Source: Terrimicrobiaceae bacterium (lineage in GTDB: Bacteria > Verrucomicrobiota > Verrucomicrobiia > Chthoniobacterales > Terrimicrobiaceae). Taken from it: a stretch of DNA of 64,000 nt. The stretch spans positions 11,038 to 75,037 of the forward strand of contig DATDAL010000025.1 of NCBI GenBank assembly GCA_036525415.1, given 5' to 3'. Positions 57,042 to 64,000 of the stretch are shown piece after piece. The notes under the pieces are model-generated. The model did no database searches and had not been told where the DNA came from. It saw nothing but the letters and a program-made list of their open reading frames with translations. The number at the start of each line of letters is the position of its first letter. The first letter of the stretch is position 1. The translations under genes were made by a program, and so were the position numbers.

Positions 57042-58160
57042 CTAGCGGATGAGACCCCAGCGTTTGCTGAAGGGCCAATAGACGATCAGACCTTTGCCCG
57101 TGACATTCCGCTCCGGCACCGCGCCAAAATCGCGGCTGTCCTTCGAGAAATAGCTGTTGTCACCAAGGGCGAAGTAGCTCCCTTCCGGCACTTTGAATAT
57201 TTGGTCCGGTGTGGAGAGGTAGGGGAATTGATACATGTTCGAATAGCCCCGATATCCATTCTGGCCACTCATCACCCGTTGAAAAACCGATTCAGGGGCC
57301 TTCGTCCCATTGATGAAGAGATAGGGCGCATCGATGCGGAGTACGTCACCCGGGTCGCCCGCCAGCCGCTTGATATAGTGCTGCGACTCAACTCCGAGCG
57401 GAAGGCCGATCTCGATGCGCCGGATTCCGTTCGTTTTGAACACAAAAACGTCCCCGCGATCGGGACTAGCGAAATGGTAGGAAATTTTGTCCACGAATAC
57501 CTGGTCTCCCGTCTCGATATATCCGCGAGCAATCGTTTCAGCCTTCCGATAGGTCCTGCGTGGCTGGACCCCGAAGTCGCGATAAAGGGTGTCGCGAGGA
57601 GCAAATACCGTATATTGAGTCCTCTCACCGACAATCGTGGTAAACGTGAAAAAGTTCAGATAGGTGACTTCCCGCAGGTCCAAAATGACGTCATCCTCTT
57701 TTGCCGTGACGTCGATGGAATTCCGGCCCAACCAGATCAGTTGAAACGCCCGGGCGAGGAGATTGGGAGGAGGAGTTGCCGTCGGGGTGCCAACAATGCC
57801 AAAAAGCGTCGGTTGCATCGATCCTGTGGGAATCTTGAAGGGCTGGAGAAAATATGCCCGCACGCCCGCGGCAATGACGATCGCCACAAGAAAAACCTCC
57901 ACATTCTCCCGCCAACCGGAATCTCTTGCAGGAGGAGCAATCCGACCCACAGCTCCCTCGATTTCGTCGCGAACCGCATAAATCTGATCACGCTTTCGAG
58001 TCTTGAGGGCTTCCCTGAGCTTGGCCAGCAAGCCGCGCAGGACAGCGAGATCGTTTTCAGGCAAGATGTCTTCCTTATAATGGATGAGGCGTTTCAGGGC
58101 GTGCCGATAGTGCTTTCCCTCCTTGATGTGCCGCGGCGTAAAGAACATCGAATCTGACAA
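57042..58160 (-). CDS. lepB: Signal peptidase I
   Basis: 372 aa with a TM anchor. Catalytic Ser box IPTGSMQPTL and box E GDNSYFSKDSRDFG. Lies immediately downstream of lepA, as in many bacteria. Confidence 0.92.
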   Translation of the reverse strand: MSDSMFFTPRHIKEGKHYRHALKRLIHYKEDILPENDLAVLRGLLAKLREALKTRKRDQIYAVRDEIEGAVGRIAPPARDSGWRENVEVFLVAIVIAAGVRAYFLQPFKIPTGSMQPTLFGIVGTPTATPPPNLLARAFQLIWLGRNSIDVTAKEDDVILDLREVTYLNFFTFTTIVGERTQYTVFAPRDTLYRDFGVQPRRTYRKAETIARGYIETGDQVFVDKISYHFASPDRGDVFVFKTNGIRRIEIGLPLGVESQHYIKRLAGDPGDVLRIDAPYLFINGTKAPESVFQRVMSGQNGYRGYSNMYQFPYLSTPDQIFKVPEGSYFALGDNSYFSKDSRDFGAVPERNVTGKGLIVYWPFSKRWGLIR

Positions 58161-58163
58161 CCG

Positions 58164-59957
<1,794 letters not shown>

Positions 59958-60004
59958 CAGGAAAAGGTGGGGGAATATCCTAGACCGAAACCACTCGGTC
60001 AACA

Positions 60005-60478
60005 TTGCAAACTGAAGGAAAGAAACAATTCCGGCTGAATCGGCAGACACGCATCGTGCTGGCCATAACGTTTGTCTTTCTGGCGCTGCCTCTTGGCGGC
60101 ATGATCTTGACCTTGCAGAGCTTGACGAAAAGGGAACCGCAAGAATCCGGGCCGGGCTCTACCGAGGTGCTGCAAGGCACACTGGAAGGAATCGCCAACG
60201 AGAAGTTTGCGCCGGAGGAACTTCGAGGCGATGAAGTCAGGATCGAATTCATAGTAGATGAATTGGAGCCGGAGAAAGCGCGCATTGAAGGGCTTCTTAA
60301 ATCTTACGGAGGGATTGCGATTCCGACGAAGGAGAGCGAAACGGAGATCCGGCTTCTGATCCAGGTTCCTGTCGAGCATCTCGAGGAATTCCTCATTGCG
60401 TGCCGCGCCGGGAAGGAGAGGGGGCCGTTGAGTCGCGGCTTACTAGAGATTTTGATTAGGAAGGCGAACCAGCAATGA
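60005..60478 (+). CDS. Small membrane-anchored hypothetical protein
   Basis: 157 aa with one N-terminal TM (IVLAITFVFLALPLGGMILTL) followed by an acidic soluble domain. ATGA overlap with the next gene. Confidence 0.5.
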   Translation: MQTEGKKQFRLNRQTRIVLAITFVFLALPLGGMILTLQSLTKREPQESGPGSTEVLQGTLEGIANEKFAPEELRGDEVRIEFIVDELEPEKARIEGLLKSYGGIAIPTKESETEIRLLIQVPVEHLEEFLIACRAGKERGPLSRGLLEILIRKANQQ

Positions 60479-61128
60479 TAGCGATTGCTTTCGCGTTGGA
60501 ATTTGAGAGCAGCTGTTTTCGCGCGCGACACAATCCGCGTCTGCGGGTTAGCGTTTGGCTGCTTGGAGCGATGGGTGCCATCGCGGCGGCGAGTCTCGAG
60601 CGAAAACTCGATCGCAGCGTGCCGGCGCTGCTCATTTCCGCCGGGTTTGCAGGGGGACTGCGGTCCGGCCTCAGAGTCGGGGATCTCGTTTTGGGCGAGA
60701 ACTACTCGGATCGAAATGTCGTGGAGAAGCTTTCTTTGGACAACCGGTGGAATGTGGGGAGAGTTGCTACAGCGGATGCAATTCTCGAGCGCGCGGAAGA
60801 CAAGAGGTGCCTGGGATTGGAAACCGGGTCTCTGGCGGGCGATTTGGAAACGGCGCGCCTCGCCGAGGTGTGTGCCGAACGCCGCGTTCCGATGCTTAGC
60901 GTCCGCTGCATCAGTGACGCCGTGGAGGATGATTTGCCGGTGCCTGCAGACGTTCTCATGAACCCTCAAACCGGCCGTCCGAGTCCGTTCCTGCTGTTTC
61001 GCTACCTGATGAAGCATCCTTCTTGCGTGCCCAGCTTTAACAAGCTGTTGAAGAATTCCAGAATGGCGCAAGTCCAGCTTGCGAAGGGACTGGAAGAAAT
61101 CCTGCCGCAGCTTGTCAGGATTGTTTAA
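60475..61128 (+). CDS. PNP_UDP_1-family nucleosidase/phosphorylase (MTA/SAH-nucleosidase-like; MqnB or HpnG candidate)
   Basis: 217 aa. Motifs: IAIAFALEFE, LLISAGFAGGLRSGLRVGDLVLG, GDLETARLAEVCAERRVPMLSVRCISD. Confidence 0.75.
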   Translation: MIAIAFALEFESSCFRARHNPRLRVSVWLLGAMGAIAAASLERKLDRSVPALLISAGFAGGLRSGLRVGDLVLGENYSDRNVVEKLSLDNRWNVGRVATADAILERAEDKRCLGLETGSLAGDLETARLAEVCAERRVPMLSVRCISDAVEDDLPVPADVLMNPQTGRPSPFLLFRYLMKHPSCVPSFNKLLKNSRMAQVQLAKGLEEILPQLVRIV

Positions 61129-61164
61129 ATTCGCTCGCGGTGGCAGAAAGGCGCGGCGTACGCA

Positions 61165-62628
61165 TCACCCGCGTGCATTCGATGGCGACGCGCGCAGTTC
61201 GCTCAGGCGTTCCCGGATGAGAACGAGGAGGGCTTCGCGTTGCCGAGAATTGAACTTGTTGCGCCTAATGGCTTCAAAAATCCTCTCACACGCTCTCCGC
61301 TTTTCGTCAGTCCAACGCGAGGAGCTTGCGTTGTGCTGTTCGAGCACGGCCTTGAGCTGCGATGCTCCGAGAGTGGCCTCGTCGCGACGAGCATGGGTGC
61401 GGTTGACGAGATAGCAAAAGACCCCGATGGCGCGGTCGAGGAGTATCCACGGAAAGTTTACTGCGCGACACGGACCGACCGACATTGTGCGACCGCCAAA
61501 TTGCACGTCTCTCCCAGGCGCCAACGGAAACGAACCCGGCAGTTTCGCTTTTAGCTCCGGACGTTTCTTTCCCATCAGGAAAGTTCCTACGGCCCCGCCT
61601 GCTGCGCCCAGGACTGTGGGCAAGCCTATCGAGTGTCCGGCCGTTGCGAGATCGAAGAGGGCGCCCGCGGCCGCGCCGCCAATCGCACCCGCGACGACCA
61701 ACTGCTTCTCGTTCAATCCGAACAGACGCCATGTTTCCTCGCTGAACAACTCCGCGTCGATGAGCTGATCGGGCGCATGCCCGGTTTTCACGCGGTGGTG
61801 TTCAAAGAGAAGAATCAGCTCCTTATGCGCCTTTGCTTCGCGCTCGCTTACGGCGCGCATGAATTGCGCCTTAAGCTTTTCGCCGATGGCATTTCGCCGC
61901 GAGCTCAACTCAGATCCCGGCGCAGTCTCGCAGTGGCTGAGGGCATCGTCGAGGAGATCGAATATGATTTCTGCGCAGTCATCGAGCCGCTTATCCCATT
62001 CTTCGCGAAATATCGCCACCGCAGCCATGAGGGGAGGCTTCCAGCGCTGCTCGATACCTGCCAGGGTTTCAAGCAACTCAACGCGATCCGAAAAGCTGGC
62101 GTAGTGGGCATTGAACTCGCGCACCGCGTTGAAGTGCAAGCCCAGCCGGCGTCTCCATTCCGCCAGGTGATCTTCTGCCTTCGTGCGGTTGATGATGGCG
62201 AGACGAGGCTGACCGGTAAGGCGCAGGATCTCCATTTCGGCGATATGGATTTCCAGAAGCGGTTCCGACCCATCGACCACATAGATAATCCCAGCATCTT
62301 CCTCGATGATCGGTTGGAGGAGACGGCATTCGGCCTCGAAGTCCGGCTGCCCCCGACGCCGCTGCAGAAAATCTCGAAATACGGCCAATGGTTCGCTCGC
62401 ACGCGCGGCCGGTTCGAGTTCGCGTAGCGCTTCTATGGCGTTTTGGAAGCCGGGCGTATCGTAGAAAGCGAAGAGGTCTCGAAGCCAGAATCTCTGGCAG
62501 GTGACGGTTTCTCCCGGCATCGAACTTATGCGCACCTGATCGTTTTCGGCGAGCGTGGAGACAACGGAGGACTTGCCATGGTTCACCGCGCCGACAATCG
62601 CGAAGGTAGGAACGGCGGTCGCGCTCAT
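61165..62628 (-). CDS. Membrane-associated GTPase, DUF3482-type
   Basis: G1 motif FAIVGAVNHGKSS and G3 motif YDTPG. Long helical middle region. Gly-zipper hydrophobic hairpin VVAGAIGGAAAGALFDLATAG...VLGAAGGAVGTFLMG. The ATG at 62628 forms an ATGA overlap with the upstream stop. The ORF is open to 62685. Confidence 0.78.
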   Translation of the reverse strand: MSATAVPTFAIVGAVNHGKSSVVSTLAENDQVRISSMPGETVTCQRFWLRDLFAFYDTPGFQNAIEALRELEPAARASEPLAVFRDFLQRRRGQPDFEAECRLLQPIIEEDAGIIYVVDGSEPLLEIHIAEMEILRLTGQPRLAIINRTKAEDHLAEWRRRLGLHFNAVREFNAHYASFSDRVELLETLAGIEQRWKPPLMAAVAIFREEWDKRLDDCAEIIFDLLDDALSHCETAPGSELSSRRNAIGEKLKAQFMRAVSEREAKAHKELILLFEHHRVKTGHAPDQLIDAELFSEETWRLFGLNEKQLVVAGAIGGAAAGALFDLATAGHSIGLPTVLGAAGGAVGTFLMGKKRPELKAKLPGSFPLAPGRDVQFGGRTMSVGPCRAVNFPWILLDRAIGVFCYLVNRTHARRDEATLGASQLKAVLEQHNASSSRWTDEKRRACERIFEAIRRNKFNSRQREALLVLIRERLSELRASPSNARG

Positions 62629-64000
62629 GGGTTCCATCTTTCCAAGCCAAGGTGGAGATCGTGAATTGCGAGGAAATTGCGCCATGTGTTGAATTCCTCG
62701 GCCGCAGCAGACTCGCGGGGATCTGATTCGCGGCTCCCCACGAGCAATACCAGAACCTCGATTTTTCCGCCTGCAGCTTCCATGACCTTTCGCAGAACCA
62801 GCGCGATGGCGCGAATCGGTGCGCGGCGCGACCCAATCAAAACGGCCACTCCCGCAAGCGAGGGAGCCTCAAGGGCAACCCTCGCGAGAGCCGCGCCATT
62901 GCCGCCAGGGTCATCGATCCGAACAGCAAGGACCGGCTTTGAAAGTCGCCAGCCGAATCCCGCACTCAATCCATTTTCGATTTCGCCCTCCGAAAGCCCA
63001 AGTTCGTGTGCTACCAAGGCGAGGCAGGAGCCGCTGGCGTTGTGATCGACGGCGGAAAAGGCTTCCGGAACCTCAAGTTTCGCTGTTTCCAGGTGTCCCT
63101 GAATAATGGGTCCCGTAAGCCTGCGAAAAAGCGCGCTCGAGCCCGCATGGTCAAACGAGAAGTTCCCCAGCGCAGTTCGAAGGCTGAGACTGCACCAGAT
63201 CAGAAGGACAAGCCGGACAAGAAATCCGTAAAAGAAAGTGGCGTAGAAAAGAAACGGCCACCAAGAAGTCATCGCCGGCAGCGAAAGTGGCTCTATTCCC
63301 TCGCTGTATGAGAACCGGCTTTGCATGACCTGCTCAGGGGCCGGGTGAGCATTGGGTAGGAAAGACCACGGAGCGGCTATCGAGGAAACCAGCCTGTAAA
63401 CGGCGTCCGGACTGGTAGCTAACGTGGATTGCCAGCCGAAAGCAACATCTCTGCCCAAGGGCAACAATAGAGCGACGAGTACACCGACGTTGAAAAGAAC
63501 GCCGAAAATTTGGGTAATCATCAGCAGGGGCCATGCCAGCAGATGGAAGACCTCGCTCCTGCGTCGAATTCCCATAAGCCTTGCCCGAGTGTGTTCTCGT
63601 CGCTCGCCGGGAAGCCTATTCAGAGCGGTGCTCAGCGACCAAAGTAACGCGGCAAGCAACCTGCGCAGAGGATGAAAGTTCTCAAAGACGTGCGTGGTTC
63701 GTCTCAGGAGCCAGATCGCCAGCGCGGCTGCCATGATCAACCACTGTATGCCAACGGTGCAGACAAAGAACCAACCAACGTTCACAGGTTCATCGCCCCG
63801 GTAGGCCAGGAGCACCGCCGCAGCGACGCTGACGCCAAGGGCTGCGCCAGCCACCGCCGACACCACGCTCAATGTCTGCCAGGCCGTGAGAAAAAATTCG
63901 CCGGGCGGCGTCTCCGAAGTCTGACTGCGCCGAACGTCCAGCCAGAGGCGAAAGATCTTTTTGCGGGTAAGCGGCTGGCGCGGCGTATCCTGAGAGATCT
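62625..64000 (-). CDS. Polytopic membrane protein, DUF2868-like (5' end outside window)
   Basis: I translated the frame upstream of the listed TTG at 63872. It stays open to position 64000 (...PLTRKKIFRLWLDVRRSQTSETPPGEFFLTAWQTLSVVSAV...). Multiple TM helices are followed by a soluble C-terminal domain. The family call rests on its pairing with the DUF3482 GTPase and on topology. Confidence 0.6.
   Translation of the reverse strand, partial: ISQDTPRQPLTRKKIFRLWLDVRRSQTSETPPGEFFLTAWQTLSVVSAVAGAALGVSVAAAVLLAYRGDEPVNVGWFFVCTVGIQWLIMAAALAIWLLRRTTHVFENFHPLRRLLAALLWSLSTALNRLPGERREHTRARLMGIRRRSEVFHLLAWPLLMITQIFGVLFNVGVLVALLLPLGRDVAFGWQSTLATSPDAVYRLVSSIAAPWSFLPNAHPAPEQVMQSRFSYSEGIEPLSLPAMTSWWPFLFYATFFYGFLVRLVLLIWCSLSLRTALGNFSFDHAGSSALFRRLTGPIIQGHLETAKLEVPEAFSAVDHNASGSCLALVAHELGLSEGEIENGLSAGFGWRLSKPVLAVRIDDPGGNGAALARVALEAPSLAGVAVLIGSRRAPIRAIALVLRKVMEAAGGKIEVLVLLVGSRESDPRESAAAEEFNTWRNFLAIHDLHLGLERWNP

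Noticed and set aside
56916-58157. 413-aa plus-strand ORF, longer than the lepB ORF it overlaps
   Set aside because: The minus-strand product carries both signal-peptidase I boxes (SMQPTL, GDNSYFSKDSR) and follows lepA. The plus-strand translation is Arg-rich with no motif.
60304-62427. Long antisense ORFs 60304..61071 (-) and 61633..62427 (+)
   Set aside because: They lie opposite the phosphorylase-family gene and the GTPase gene respectively, both of which have clear motifs. Both are shadow frames.

Overview
High-GC bacterial chromosomal window (hand counts of about 58-60% GC in typical genes). It is densely coding, and I saw no rRNA, tRNA or CRISPR array.

1-31 kb is mostly housekeeping:
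- metR/metE and an unknown ORF split between two reading frames.
- A treS-mak fusion plus glgX.
- Two ECF sigma modules. One is wired to an HtrA/PDZ protein in which all three catalytic residues are substituted.
- panE, an orphan nuoD, and a low-GC islet with a minimal metzincin.
- A translationally coupled uvrB-holA-nrdR-orf186-HIT gene string.
- Futalosine-route genes (MqnE/C-like, mqnA) and hemW.
- An exported DUF362-like protein coupled to a squalene/phytoene-synthase-like gene.
- ilvD, a TPR membrane protein and an exported Bcp peroxiredoxin.

31.8-56.6 kb is a roughly 25-kb Wzx/Wzy-type polysaccharide locus. It holds a Wzc-like BY-kinase co-polymerase, a WbaP-like initiating transferase, Wzx, Wzy, four GT2, four GT4, a 666-aa HAD-motif protein and five methyltransferases from three families. 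The locus is visibly mosaic:
- Internally deleted ISL3 and IS5 transposase relics.
- A 42-45% GC patch.
- Several paralogue families within the locus.
- A roughly 0.71-kb inverted repeat made of two about 90% identical methyltransferase genes, bracketing the 17.6-kb glycosyltransferase block.

57-64 kb carries lepB-lepA, a small membrane protein plus a PNP_UDP_1 phosphorylase, and a DUF2868-like membrane protein coupled to a DUF3482-type membrane GTPase.

The taxon cannot be fixed from this window. All calls come from reading motifs by eye; no database search or alignment program was run.
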